Source: Octopus bimaculoides
Lineage: Eukaryota
Assembly: GCF_001194135.2 (NCBI RefSeq)
Contig: NC_068994.1
Span: forward strand, 19,241,333-19,305,332
Length of the DNA: 64,000 bases
Direction: 5' to 3'
The notes under the pieces were generated by a model, which saw only the letters and a list, made by a program, of their open reading frames with translations, was not told the origin of the DNA and made no database searches. Position 1 is the stretch's first letter. Each line of letters starts with the position of its first letter. A program made the position numbers and the translations under genes. Shown piece by piece: positions 40,544-53,185 of the stretch.

Positions 40544-41530
40544 TGGCGACAAAGAATTTTAGAATTTTGGATTTTGCAAAGATGTTTTTTTTTTTAAAGT
40601 TATTGAAAATTTAAAAATTATATTACAATGACTGAAGGAATATCTGGACAATTAAGTTCATATAATTTTATGGATAAAGAAAAGTTTCCAGCATTTTACC
40701 ATCGAGAGGATTGATGGAAAGATTTTTTGATTAGAATTGAGACTTAGTTTGATCTGAACAAAATTACAAAAGAAGAAATAAAATTAAATTATTTTAGCAG
40801 TGGAACTGGTAATAAAATGTTTAAATTGGCTAATGCTTTGATGATGCCAAATGATAATTCAAAATATGTTTTGAAGTTAGCGAAAAATTGATGACACACT
40901 TTGAGGGGCAGAGAAAACTTGTGATGATGAGATATGATTTTTTTACTGTTATTATCAAAATAATGGAAAGAGAATTGCTGATCTTTTAGCAGAATTAAAA
41001 GAGGAATTGGCTGACTGTGGCTTCGAGAGATACAGATTATTTGATTAGAGACAGATTGCTTATGGAAGGAAAACTTGGGGCTGAAAATCCAGGTACTGAG
41101 GTTATATAGAGAAAGAATAAACATTGAATGTTGAATAAAAAGTGTGGAACAGACATAAGGCCACAAATCATTCAAGTGAGAATTATTCAGGTATACATAT
41201 AGAAGCATTTTTGGCATTGAAAAGGTCACTTTTAGAGAGATTGTAAAATAAGCAAGATAAGTGAAAACAATTTCAGAAAAGTAACAAAAATGCTTTTGGA
41301 AGAAAAACTGACCCAGTAAATGCACACAAATAGGTAAGTTTGAATTGAAATTTCTCAAAATTCAGCTTCCTGTTGATGGGCACAAACCAGTTTCAGTGGA
41401 AAGACTTTCTGAAATTCCAGTTATGTATCATGAAAAACATTCATTGAAATTGATTGTCATAAATAGTTCTTCATTGATGAGCAGAATAAGAAGTTTTGAA
41501 CTGGACATAACTCCACATTGTACTGTGTAA
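40544..41530 (+). mobile_element. Ty3/gypsy (Mag-like) LTR retrotransposon gag/protease remnant
   Basis: TGGCGAC PBS-like start at 40544, then WKDFLIRIET*FDLNKITKEEIK; HFEGQRKLVMMRYDFF; RIADLLAELKEELADCGF; DYLIRDRLL. Confidence 0.75.
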
Positions 41531-42509
41531 GACAAGACAGGATTGGTATGGACATGTAATATGTTATGAAGGATAACAGCTGGATAAAGAAGTGCTTAGC
41601 AATAAAAAAAAACTAAAGAAGAGGAAAACCAAGGAAGACTAAATGTGTTTTTCCAAATTCTAGAAAAAAATTAGTAAAATGTGTAACAAAAAATCTTTGT
41701 TGTTTTAGCCAAAGTTTAACTTAATTCTTGAATCAAATGTTTTTATACTAAAGACATAGAAGCATGATATTTATGAAATGTATAATGGTTTGTAAATCCA
41801 ATTAAATATAAATGTGTTGTACCATTTGGAAAAGCACATATTTGCCTCAGACTATGTGATCCAAAGCTGGTGTTTCAATTCCACTAATTAATAATTAGAA
41901 GAAAGCATCCAGCATCACAGTCAAAAATGTCACACAAAAAGTTAAATTTAGAAAATCTTTCAACTTGTAAAAAATATAAGCTTAAGAAGGAAAAATTGTA
42001 AATAAAATCTTATCAATTTACTTATGGCTCAGACAAAGTTCTATCAAATAGAAATTATAATATTACAAAAATATTTGATTCTGACATGTTCAAGAAAAAT
42101 CATGCAAATTTATCTAGGCTTAAGATTATTCACATACATAGAAACAAATATTCTGAAGTTAAGATACCAGTAGATGATGTTTCAAAACAACTTAATTCAG
42201 GCAAGCTTAATAATTTTAGCAGCTGCACAAGTTCATGATTGAGATTTGTGACTCAGACTTATGTAAGCTATTAATTACCAAAGAGTCTAGAGAGAAGAGG
42301 CCTAGTAAGTAAAAAGTGTACTTAACACAAGGAGATATTTTAAGAGTGAAAATATCAAAACAGAAAAAAGGTAGAGTAAGAATCACAAGACAAAGTGTCA
42401 TAATTTCAAACACCACCTCAGACTGCTATTTAAAACAGTGTAAGTTATATTGTAAACACTTCTACAATATGTTAGTCTTTTTCTCGTTCATCACAAATAT
42501 GTCAGTTAT

Positions 42510-42805
42510 AACTGGTTATGATGAGGTTGATCTGATAACCAGAACAGCCTGAATGTGAAATGAATGTGCAAGTGGCTGAGCACACCACAGATATGCATAC
42601 CCTTAATGTAGTTCTCAGGTAGATTCAGTGTGACACAGGTGACAAGGCTGGCCTTTTAAAATAAAGGTACTACTCATTTTTGCCAGCTGAGTGGACTGGA
42701 GCAATGTGAAATACAGTGTCTTGCTCAAGGACACAACATGGCACAGGGAGTTGAACTCATGATCATACACTCATGAGTCAAACACCCTAACCAATAAGCC
42801 ATGGA
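42510..42805 (-). mobile_element. SINE family D
   Basis: Near-identical block GCCAGCTGAGTGGACTGGAGCAATGTGAAATACAGTGTCTTGCTCAAGGACAC shared with 38644-38697. Confidence 0.85.
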
Positions 42806-43735
42806 AAGAAAAAAACAACAAATGACAAATGTTACTTGTTTATTAACAACAACTTTAGATAAATTTCTTAATAAAATATTGATCAAAGTGGATCAGTGGT
42901 AACTGACAAAATTATGAGTAATAGTCAGTAGAAAAAGTTTACCACATGGAGTAAATTATTGTGCCATGAGTTAAAAGAAATGTTTAACATGTTGGGCAAA
43001 ATTTTTCAATGCAACAAACATTAGACCTGTTTTCTTCTGGATGCTGAAATTTATTGTATCTTCAAACATTTTGTGTTAATCAGTCAAATAAGTTTACAGT
43101 TCAACTCTATGGAGGTAAATCTTAGACCTACAAGCAAATTATTTAAAATTTTTCTATAAAATCACCAACAAAATATTATTAATTTTGGGCTAACAGAGGA
43201 AATCATATGAAGATTACACCAGTAACAAATATCTAGTGATTTTGTGGAAGATGATGCTCTAAGGTATTCTAATTTATCTCATATATATGTTATCAAGCTA
43301 CTGATTAGTGTATATAGACATAGAGAACATCACCTTCTCAAAATTTGCTTTAAATCAATGTATGATACATTATAATGCTAGATGCAATGACATGTAAAAT
43401 TGTCGACATGGAAGATGTCCATAATGATCCAGAAATAAACATGAAATTTTGACAATCAACCAAATAGCCTGTGCTTCTGAAGTTGGAGTGCATGCACCCA
43501 CCAATGGTGTGTGTGTGTGCAGAGATGACCATATTTTGGTGGGAGATGGATTACTTCAAAATGAGTTAAAAGGTAAATAAAACTTGCAATAAAGTTGTAA
43601 TTGAAACTTCTTTTGAATATATACATGCTATAAACTTTGTCTGTTCAGCGTGTGATGGATATCATTTTGGAAAATTGAAGTTGGGTGTGAGACAAAAAAA
43701 TGTTGAGAAATACTAGTTAAGGGTATAAGTGCGCG

Positions 43736-43782
<47 letters not shown>

Positions 43783-43869
43783 GGAAGCAGCACTATCCCA
43801 GATAAGTGGACGGTTCTCTAATATGGGTCACACTTATGGTTTGTAAAGGGTCAAATTGAGGTATTTTCT

Positions 43870-44330
43870 GACCCTGTAGAGGAAGTCTGCTTTTTGAGAT
43901 GCTGTTTCCATACTGTTACACATGCTCAAGCACCAATCAGTAATTGTAAGCTAAATATTTATAGTAATTATGAGAGTTTTCAATGTTTGTTTTCCTGAAT
44001 ACGGATGGTGTAGTGCAAATTTGTTTTTTTGTGTATACAGATTGTGTTGGTGCTGTCAAAGGAAACTAGGTTTCCATGTCTCAGTAGGGGATGTTTTCAA
44101 AGCTTCTGTTCATTGAAGGAAGGCATGTCTGATATAAGGTGTCTAGATTGTGTATGAGTGATGGCAGTGTGTATCTGGAAGATTAAGGAGTGAAGGGAGT
44201 AGTCAAACAATTTGATGAGGAAAGATAGTGTGATGGCTGACAAAAATTTGGTTTAGGAATGAGGAAAAGATCATAAATGGTTTAGAAAGTTGGGGTAACA
44301 ATCATGGATATAGGTAGTAAAAAATATATA
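43870..44330 (-). mobile_element. Degenerate Penelope-like RT fragment
   Basis: FENIPY and NLVSFD motifs in broken frames. Confidence 0.3.
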
Positions 44331-44360
44331 TTAGCAACAGAGGCAGTATTAATATTGAGA

Positions 44361-44604
44361 GGTAATATTTATCCCCATTTAAACGTGGATGTTCTATTAG
44401 AACAAACTATACCATGACAGATACCATGAAAGAAACTCGCATATTGCCTTTTGGTGCAAAATGCCCTCTTGTTTATATTACTAGTGATATAAACAAGAGT
44501 GAATTTTGCACCAAAAGCCAATATGAGAGTTTCTCTCATGGTATCTGCCATGGTATAGTTTGTTCTAACAGAATATCCATGTTTAAATGGGGATAGATAT
44601 TACC
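44361..44604. mobile_element. 244-bp palindromic MITE-like element
   Basis: Arms pair end to end around central ACTAGT (44480-44485). Ends GGTAATAT / ATATTACC. Confidence 0.9.
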
Positions 44605-45729
44605 TACATGTAATAGGAGGGTGACTAACAAGTGCAAAAATTTTCAGAACATAAACGATTAGGTTTCTGTACTATTAATGTAGAAGATATGAAAAAGCAA
44701 AGACGAGTCTCAAGTATGAAAACCACTGAAGTTGATGGTTTCTGACAGAGCTTGAATTGACTCCTTCTAGTCCTGTATTAAAGATATATCTAACACTTGC
44801 TAGTGGTTGAAGTGGTTTGGAGAGCAACAGAAGCTGCAGATACACATGTAAAAATGAAGGGTAAGTATATTCTGAACAAGTACAGATACTTTCATTTGGG
44901 AAGTAAGGTGGAATATAGTGTAAACTAGACAGCAGAGATAAGTTAGAAATAGAGGATAAAAGGCTTGTGGCTGTGACTTCTGGCAGTTTGTATACTCAAA
45001 TGTTGAAATGTATGGATATTGGCTAGAGAAGAGATGCCCAGAATTTTTTTCTTTTTTTTTTTTTTTAGTTTTCAATTAGTCTTTGTTATAGATTCAATAA
45101 AGTGTGCTTATTAGAGAAGAAAAAGGAATAAAACAAGACTGATAGCTTGCAACTGGCCCCTATCCAAATTTTATAGACAGTACAGCTGAAAGTGAATGGC
45201 TTTATGCTGACCTCAGAAAAGAGGCTGAAATTTTAGCACAAATATCATGATAAAAAACAGTTGTTAACAAGATACTTGGAGTTACATCAGTCAAATTGGA
45301 AAAAAAAAATTTTTTAATTCCACAACACTAACAAGATGATAGTATTGTCAGATGAGGGCATTAGAATATTAGCAAAAGTATATAAAAATATATATCAAAA
45401 TATCATATAAATATCTGAAATTGGCAAATCATGCAATCCATACAAAGATATGAAAACATTCAGTAAAGAGCATAAGAAGGTGTATCGTTGTTCAAATGTT
45501 TTCTCAGTTGCTATGGCAGTTAACAAACATTAGATAACATTTTGTGTAGAAGTGAGGAAAAATTTTTTCTGAAATATTGAAAATTTTGCCTCTGGTTTAT
45601 TTAAAACTATTAAATGTAATTCAATATACAAATTTTAATACTGATCATACAAATAATGATTAATCGAAATCCTGCAATATCTCTATGTATGAGTGATGCA
45701 TTTTCACATTTTAATGAGCCTACTTTCCA

Positions 45730-46220
45730 CTCATCATCATCATCATTTAGCATCTGCTTCTCATGCTGGCATGGGTTAGACAGTTTGACTGAAACTGATA
45801 AGCTATAGGGCTACACCAGTTTCCTAGTGGTACAACACTTTTGTATTTAATTGGATTTACAAACCATTATACATTTCATAAATATTGTGCTTCTATGTCC
45901 TTAATATAAAAACATTTGATTTAAGAATTAAGTTAAACTTTGGCCTAATGCCAACCACTCCAAGAATGTAATGGGTGCTTTTTACATGCCACTGGCATCA
46001 GTCACAACTATGGTTTCACTTAGCCTGACAGGTCTTCTCAAGTATGGTATATCATCAAATGTCTCTGCCACTTATCATTGTCTCTGTGAGGCCCAATGTT
46101 CAAAGGTTGTTTTTTATGTGCTGCCGGTATGGGTGCCAGTTACATGACACTGGCATTGGCATTGGCCTTGACTACAATTTCACTTGGCTTTGTCAAGCAT
46201 GGCATACTGGCAAAGGTCTC
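45730..46220 (-). mobile_element. RTE 3' terminus/UTR fragments, interrupted
   Basis: (ATC)n TTTAGCATCTGCTTCTCATGCTGGCATGGG; AATGCCAACCACTCC; CAAAGGTCTCGG, matching 17008-17600. Confidence 0.65.
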
Positions 46221-46317
46221 GGCGATATATTTGAAAAATACATCTATTACTCATTATGCATAAGTGCAACTGTATTTATCACACATTACATATAAGTACA
46301 TATCTATATGTAAGTAC

Positions 46318-46360
<43 letters not shown>

Positions 46361-46560
46361 TGTCACATTGTATTCAGTTCAAATAAAATCCAAATTAAGT
46401 ACCCTAATAATTAAATAATTTCTAAAGATATTCAAGAAACGGTTACTGAAATGACTGCCTGCACTTCATAACTTACAGTCAGCAGTTTAAATTATAATTA
46501 ATAAAGTTTACTTCAGCTTTCATCTTTTTTGTATAGATGAACAAAGTACCAGCAACATAC

Positions 46561-46666
46561 TGATTCTGTTCTCCCAATTATGCCTTTTCCTCTCCCCACC
46601 AAAATAAAGCACATGTGCAGTAGCAAGATGTCTTTGTCATTATTCTCATAATCAACAATATCATTG
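46561..46666 (-). CDS. Weak candidate exon (phase-compatible with 21797-21604)
   Basis: Acceptor ttttctctacag|, donor TCA|gtatgt. One open frame, NDIVDYENNDKDILLLHMCFILVGRGKGIIGRTES, ending in phase 0. Confidence 0.2.
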
Positions 46667-46744
46667 CTGTAGAGAAAAGTTCCAGTGAACCACACCCCTT
46701 TATGATGTTCATTTTCTTCAACATGATGATGATCCTTTCTACTA

Positions 46745-47113
46745 TAGGCACAATGCCTGTAGTTTTTAGTGGGGAAGTGGGCCAATCGATTACAATACTT
46801 ATTATATCAAACAGTACTTATTACAGTACTTATTATATTAAACCTGAAAGAAAAAAAGCAAAGTCAACCTTAGTGGAATTTGAACTCAGATCTTAAAGAT
46901 GAGTGAAATGCCACTAAGCATTTTGCTTGGATGCTAATGATTCTGCCAATTCTTTCTACTATAAACACAAGGTCTGAAAATTTCCTCAACTCCAGCACTT
47001 GACTGGTACTTGTTTTATTGTATCAGTACTTGTTTTAAGGATGAAAGGCAAAGTTGACTTTGGTGGAATTTGCCTTCCGAATGTAAAGACAGATGACGAT
47101 GATGAAGATGATG

Positions 47114-47150
<37 letters not shown>

Positions 47151-47290
47151 TTTCAAATTTTGCCACAAGGGGGCAGCCATTTTGAGGGAGGGAATGAGTT
47201 GATTACATTGACCCCAGTGTTACACTGGTACTTCATTTATCAACCCTGAAAGAATGAAAGGCAAAGTCGACATCAGTGGAATTTGAACTC
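46745..47290 (-). mobile_element. Cluster of three SINE family B copies/fragments with a (GAT)n(AAT)n tract
   Basis: The core AAAG(G)CAAAGT(C/T)(G/A)AC...GGAATTTG recurs at about 46855, 47045 and 47255. Confidence 0.85.
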
Positions 47291-47309
47291 TTGCACTGAG
47301 CTCTACTGT

Positions 47310-47400
47310 TTGTTTTGACATGGTTTCTATGGCTGGATGCTCTTCTTAATGCCAACCACTTCACAGAGTGTACTGAGTGCTTTTTATGTGGAACCAGCAG
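47310..47400 (-). mobile_element. RTE 3' terminus fragment (family C)
   Basis: GTTTCTATGGCTGGATGCTCTTCTTAATGCCAACCACTT. Confidence 0.7.
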
Positions 47401-47612
47401 CTGTGATCCACCAACTAACTTGCACGATGCAAGTAATATTGAGGGAGGTGGCTTTGTGCTAGGTGATGAGAATATGAATAAGACAGAAACAAGTATCTTG
47501 CAGTAGAAAAGAAACATGGCTATCTCAATTGGAGAGAGAGAGAGAAGATGGTGAGTATGTAATGTTGGATGGGGGTACACTCAAGTTACAAGTTATTATT
47601 ACTATTAAAGTT

Positions 47613-47825
47613 AAGGCAGCGAGCTTGCTGAATTGTTAGCATGCTAGGCAAAATGTTAAGTGATATTTCATCTGTTTCTTTCTTCTGAGTTCAAATCTAT
47701 CTATTTCCACTTTGTCTTTCATCCTTTTGGGGTGGATAAGATAAGTACCAGCTAAATACTGGGTTTGATGTAATTGACTTACCCAACCACTGATATTGCA
47801 GGCTTTGTACCAAAATTTGAAGCCA
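47613..47825 (+). mobile_element. SINE family B
   Basis: GGCAGCGAGCTTGCTG head; TTTGTCTTTCATCCTTTTGGGGTGGATAAGATAAGTACC core. Confidence 0.85.
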
Positions 47826-48114
47826 TTATTACTATTAAAGTATAGCATTTACTTTAAAAACGGGTTTCCTTGATATATTGTTGTAACAAATAGAAGTGGC
47901 TGTCATAACTCAGAACATGTTTACACTATATGAATGTAAGTCTCACTAGAGCTATGGAGTATAAAAAAATAAAACAAGTAATAATAGACTGTCTGAGAAA
48001 ATTACAAAAAAAAATCTGTGGGAAAATATGACATCAGAATAGTTTTAGTAATACTGCCTTCTGCAGTTTCCTCCCAAGAGTCAAACTTGCCCATTAATTG
48101 AATGAATCAAAGAA

Positions 48115-48400
48115 TTACATAACATCCCATACAGTTACGAAAGATTCTATACTCATGAAACAAGATACCCTCTGAAGACTGGAAGAGCAAAACATCAAAA
48201 AAGCGCTGATGAGAGGGGAAACATCACTGTCAGGAATTGCAGAACATATATGGTGTGTCAAGGAGAACCATAAGCTGCTATGGAATAAAGTTTTATAATA
48301 AACAGAAAATCGCAGAGGAAATTTAGAAAAATTTAACAGATTGTGCATATAATAGTAACTGAATATCTAACCAGTGAGCCTGGTGCTGACTTCATCACAA
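48115..48400 (+). mobile_element. Penelope-like GIY-YIG endonuclease remnant
   Basis: IPYSYERFYTHETRYPLKTGRAKHQKS, then after a frameshift SGIAEHIWCVKENHKLLWNKV. Matches IPC.C.K.Y.GET...L..R..EH / S..A.H.W...H...W. Confidence 0.7.
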
Positions 48401-49743
48401 TGTGGCAGTAATTACTTAACAGATAAATATCTCAAAATAACAGCAATAGTCTCATAGGATGATAAATATTGGTTGAGAACATTTAAGTAAAGGATCTGAT
48501 TAAGTGGAAATGCAAAACTTCAATAGCAGCTCACTCAAACACAGCTTTGAATAAGTATTCTTCTACTCTACTTCATTGTATTGAGTACTTTTTTTTGGTT
48601 AATTCCACACATAGTCAAGTAACACTATTAATCACTCCTCTCTTTCAAACCAACTTCAGACATTCCTCATTTCCTCCTCACTCCTCCATTGACCCATCCC
48701 ATTACAATTATCACATTGTCCTAACCCCTTTCCTTCTTAATACCCACTGATGTTATTATTCTCCTCTTCCAACCCTGTCTCCACCACATCCATCCTAACA
48801 CTATTTGCTCTATTATTTTCCTCATAACCATCCTCTCACACTTAATATAAAATATGATCCTTTACACCATGGAGTGCTCTCTTTCACATTGCAAACTACA
48901 AGACAATCCCAACAGTGAAAGCGTCGCAAAAAGTACTCAGGACACTAAGTGTTTGATAACCAATCTGAGCAGCCGGACCTGATAAGCCTCTTTAGTCTTG
49001 CTATTGGCAGAGCATCCTCAATAGTGCAAGTGCTAAAAAAAAAAAAAAAAAAACGCACCCAGTACATCCTGTGAAGTGGTTGCAAAAACATGGTCCTCCA
49101 AATCATGATGATGATGAATTAATAACTAAACAAACATACATGCAAACATTACCAACAGTTACATACATGACAAGTCAACCATGATTCAAGAAGATACTGT
49201 AGACTATATATTTGCTGAATATTTTTGGAAAAGATACACTAGGGAGATTTCTAATCACTTTTTTCTGGTAAGCTTGTTCCTGGAATGACCATTACATTTT
49301 CCCTTACAACCCAGAATTAAAACAAAAGTATCTGTCACTAATTTGAATTTGTAACACATAAACTGATATACCCTAATATATTTTGTACTCCTCCACCAAT
49401 TTGAATTCAGTTCTTGCAATCGATAATCGACCATCAAACTTATACTTAATAAATATATGGAAGGCAAATGAAAACAGAAAATCAAGTACTAAGTACTACT
49501 GGATGTAAAATCCACTATCCATTGGTAAGAGCATCGATAACACTATTGTAAAGGACAAGGAATACTTTAGGCAATCTGAATCCGAGAACCAGTTTCAATT
49601 TCTGATTGAAGCAAATCCACTTCATAAAAGATCTTTTATGCTATTTAAGTTGACACTGCCAAGTCATCAAAGCTAACTAAGCTCTTTATCACTAGATAGC
49701 TTATAAAAATCAATAATAATATATTGCAAGTGATTCAAGCAAC

Positions 49744-49817
<74 letters not shown>

Positions 49818-50039
49818 CTCATTATACAGCTCTCCAGCAAAGACTGGATATGTGTTTAGTTGAAAGAAACTTGTAAGGTGTGTAACATGCCTTGAAATGG
49901 ACTTCCTAATTAGTTATATCAAAATGGAAATACCTGAATAGGTGAAAGAGTTGATATTAGTAGCATTGGGTTATTGGGTGCAGTAGTAACCTGCTGGATT
50001 AAAAGTTTTATAGTATATAGTTTTCTCAAGTAGTGGGGG

Positions 50040-50385
50040 AGCATCATAGCCATGTGTTGAGAGGAATTCTTTGGGGCTTGGATAATTCACTTTTGGAAAC
50101 ATGGTTATTTCATTCATCATCCTTAAACAAATCTTATTCAGAAACCTTTTGAACAGGATGGGCTACTTGACTTGAAGAAAATTCTAACTGGGCTTCACCT
50201 GCAAGGTCATGCACTGTTTATCTTGATATGGGATTACCATGTCGTGCACATATGGTTGTGATGCATGTGCCTGGTGTACCCTTATCAGACAGGTAGTCAT
50301 GATGGGTATATTGGGCTTCATATATTTGTACCCCTGTATCATTTTGATAGTATGCATTGCTCTCTAAATAATAATAATAATGGTT
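50040..50385 (+). repeat. Interspersed-repeat-like segment ending in a (TAA)n tail (probable retroelement 3' UTR)
   Basis: GC-richer non-coding block terminating in TAAATAATAATAATAAT. Family not identified. Confidence 0.35.
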
Positions 50386-50575
50386 TCAAATTTTGGCACA
50401 AGGCCAGTAATTTTGGGGCAGGAGTTAAGTTGATTACATTGATCCCAGTACTCAATTGGTACTTATTTTATTGACCCTGAAAGGATGAAAAACAATGTCA
50501 ACCTCAGCAGTATTCGACCTCAGAAGGTGAAGACAGGCGAAATGCTGCTAAGCATTTTGCCTGGTGTGCTAACAG
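50385..50575 (-). mobile_element. SINE family B
   Basis: GGTACTTATTTTATTGACCCTGAAAGGATGAAAAAC...GCTAAGCATTTTGCCTGGTGTGCTAAC. Confidence 0.85.
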
Positions 50576-51079
50576 TTTTAGTAGCTGGGATGTCCAAGAG
50601 TTGATTCAAATGATTACGTTGATTCCCTACAATGAAATAGAAATTATAACTATAATAAAGTGACTTAGGTTAGTGAAAGCTAACTGGGTCATTGGAATCA
50701 TTGGTGCTTTATTCCTGGCATTGTCATTTGCGAATGTTGTATGGTCTTCAAATGAGAGAAGTCAAGTATCTCAAGTAATCGTGGAAATGGTCATGAAGGG
50801 AAAAATAAGATAGGAAGACAAAATTTCAGTTGTTAATAAAACTTTCAAATATGAAAAGTAAACTTATTCTCCTAGGTATGGTGAATAATAATAAAGATTA
50901 TCAGGAGGGCCTTAAGCACTTGAAAGACTGTTGAAAGCTTGTGGGTACCTGAGGTTACAGGTAGTAACCAACTACCCACATAAATTCTACCAGGAATAAG
51001 AATGAACCTGAGTAAAAACAACAACAACAAATAATAATAATAATAATGGTAAGAAGGAATAGGAGGAAGAGAGAGAAGG

Positions 51080-51213
<134 letters not shown>

Positions 51214-51924
51214 TGTGTGTAATAGTAATAAAGAGGGGAAAATATGTCAGAATTGAAGAAGAAAAGATGTGAAAGTAGTGCAGAATGAATGTGCAATTTT
51301 ATAGGATAACTTTTATTTCAAGTAAATCATGCAGACTTTTAAGGTTTCCAGTTACAATAGGGTGGAAATGACAGAAAATGTCATGCAATGCATCGATACA
51401 AAATGACAAGTAGTAGCTTCCTGTGAAACCTAAGAGAAAAATAAAATCATCAATTAATTTGATACTATGAAGAATTTTGAATTCAATTAGTGAAAGAAAA
51501 GTTATATGAAAGAATTTTCACTGGTAAATTCGTTAAGAATAATTTGAGCATGATTATTTTGTGTGCTTGTGTGCAAAAGCATATACACAAAATGATATAA
51601 TGTGCTCTTGCACACATATACACACAAGCATGCATATTGCTGGTGACTAGATATTCACACTGAAATGTTTGGTTTAATTATTTGTTTTCTGCATAGAGTA
51701 AGAAGTATAATGTTAAGAAGAAAAATATTCTATTTAATGTGATGTCCTTGAGAAATAGTTTCAACTGTAGCAGCTGTCTATCAAAAAGGGGCTTCATGTG
51801 TAAATAGGAAACCACCATCATTGTTTTTAAAAGATAAAGGACTGGGATGACATATGACAGGGCACCAAACTAAATAACTTACAATTCATAGATTCATCTC
51901 AATATTTTGAGTTTCAATAAGGCA

Positions 51925-52135
51925 GTGAGCTAGCAGAATCATTAGTATACTTAGTAAAATGCTTAGTGGCATTTCGTCTGTCTTTATGTTCTGAGTACAC
52001 ATTCTGCCAAGGTGGACTTTGCCTTTCACCCTTTGATGATGATAAAATAAGAACTAGTAGAGCACTGAAGTCGATGCAATTGAGTTACCTCTCCCCTAAA
52101 AATATTGGCCTTGTGCCAAAACCGGAAACCAATAT
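51925..52135 (+). mobile_element. SINE family B
   Basis: GGCAGTGAGCTAGCAG head; GGTGGACTTTGCCTTTCACCCTTT core. Confidence 0.85.
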
Positions 52136-52529
52136 TTTGAGTTCAAATCTTTTTAGGGTTGCTTTCATCTTTTATCTTCACCAGACATGTGCTGGAATCA
52201 ATTTAATTAACTCTACTTCTCTCAAACAAAATCATAACCCTGTTCCAATAAAACATATATTGTTTTAAACAATAATGAGAATGATGAAGATAGCCAAAGA
52301 AATAAAGAATTTTACTTCTAATTTTAAATCTCAACAAAGTCTAGTTTACCTTTTATTCATTTGGGGCTGATAAAATAAGTATCATTATTTTACTACAGCC
52401 ACAACAAGTGATTTTTGCCATCTCCTGCAAACACTGACCTTGTATCTAACCAAAGATTAAAAAATAACCTTGCATTCATTATCACTGATTCATTTTTGAA
52501 ACTAATTTACTTACATTATACCAATACAT

Positions 52530-52715
52530 CATCATCATCACATCATTTAATGTCCACTTTCCATGCTGGCATAGGTTGGATGGTTTCACTGAAAACTGGT
52601 AAGCCGAGGAGCTGCACCAAATTCCAGTCTGATTTGGCAAGGTTTCTACAGCTGAATGCCCTTCTTAATGCCAATCACTCCAAATGTGTAGTGGGTGCTT
52701 TTTATGTGCCCCTGA
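52530..52715 (-). mobile_element. RTE 3' terminus repeat (family C)
   Basis: (ATC)n TTTAATGTCCACTTTCCATGCTGGCATAGG...GTTTCTACAGCTGAATGCCCTTC. Confidence 0.85.
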
Positions 52716-52974
52716 TGTGACATTTTTGATATTAGATGTATCTTGGATGTTTTGGAGAGACAAAAAAAATAGATAGCAAGGGTTGAATAGGAACATACCT
52801 GAGGCAAGATTTTATGGTCAGATGCCCTCCCTTTTGTGAAGCCTTACCTGTTTTTCAAGTAAGGGATCCTTTTTTTTTTATTTCACAGGTCTTCAAAAGT
52901 GCTGAGTGACAGGTCATAAGGTCAATAAGGAATGTGAAGTCCTTATCACTGTTTCACTTGATTCATGGGATGTC

Positions 52975-52976
52975 AA

Positions 52977-53033
<57 letters not shown>

Positions 53034-53185
53034 TGGCTCCCTACAGTCTCTGTCTTCCAAATTCTCTCACAAGGCATTAATTAGCCTGAGCTACAGAGGA
53101 AGACGTTTTCCCAAGGTACCTCACAGTGGGACTGAATCTGAAACCATGGTTGTGAAATGAGTGTCTAAACTATACAGCCATGCCT
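52975..53185 (-). mobile_element. SINE family A fragment with (CA)n
   Basis: CCCAAGGTACCTCACAGTGGGACTGAA. Confidence 0.75.

Noticed and set aside
40789-41358. 189-aa minus-strand ORF
   Set aside because: It is antisense to the decayed gypsy gag, has no recognisable motifs, and has composition expected from an AT-rich antisense frame.
44369-44596. Pair of near-identical 60-aa ORFs on opposite strands
   Set aside because: This is a mirror artefact of the 244-bp palindrome.
48200-48235. CTGATGA-GAGGG-GAAAC-ATCACT-GTC hammerhead-like core
   Set aside because: There is no stem II or stem I pairing, and it lies inside GIY-YIG coding remnant, so it is a chance match.
48490-48525. CTGATTAA-GTGGAAATGC-AAAAC-TTC downstream of the GIY-YIG remnant
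   Set aside because: The position fits a PLE hammerhead, but at least three core changes and no stem I make it unsupportable.
50669-50765. Plus-strand hydrophobic peptide LVKANWVIGIIGALFLALSFANVVWSSNERSQ
   Set aside because: The acceptor is purine-rich, the donor is weak, and there is no partner exon or homology.
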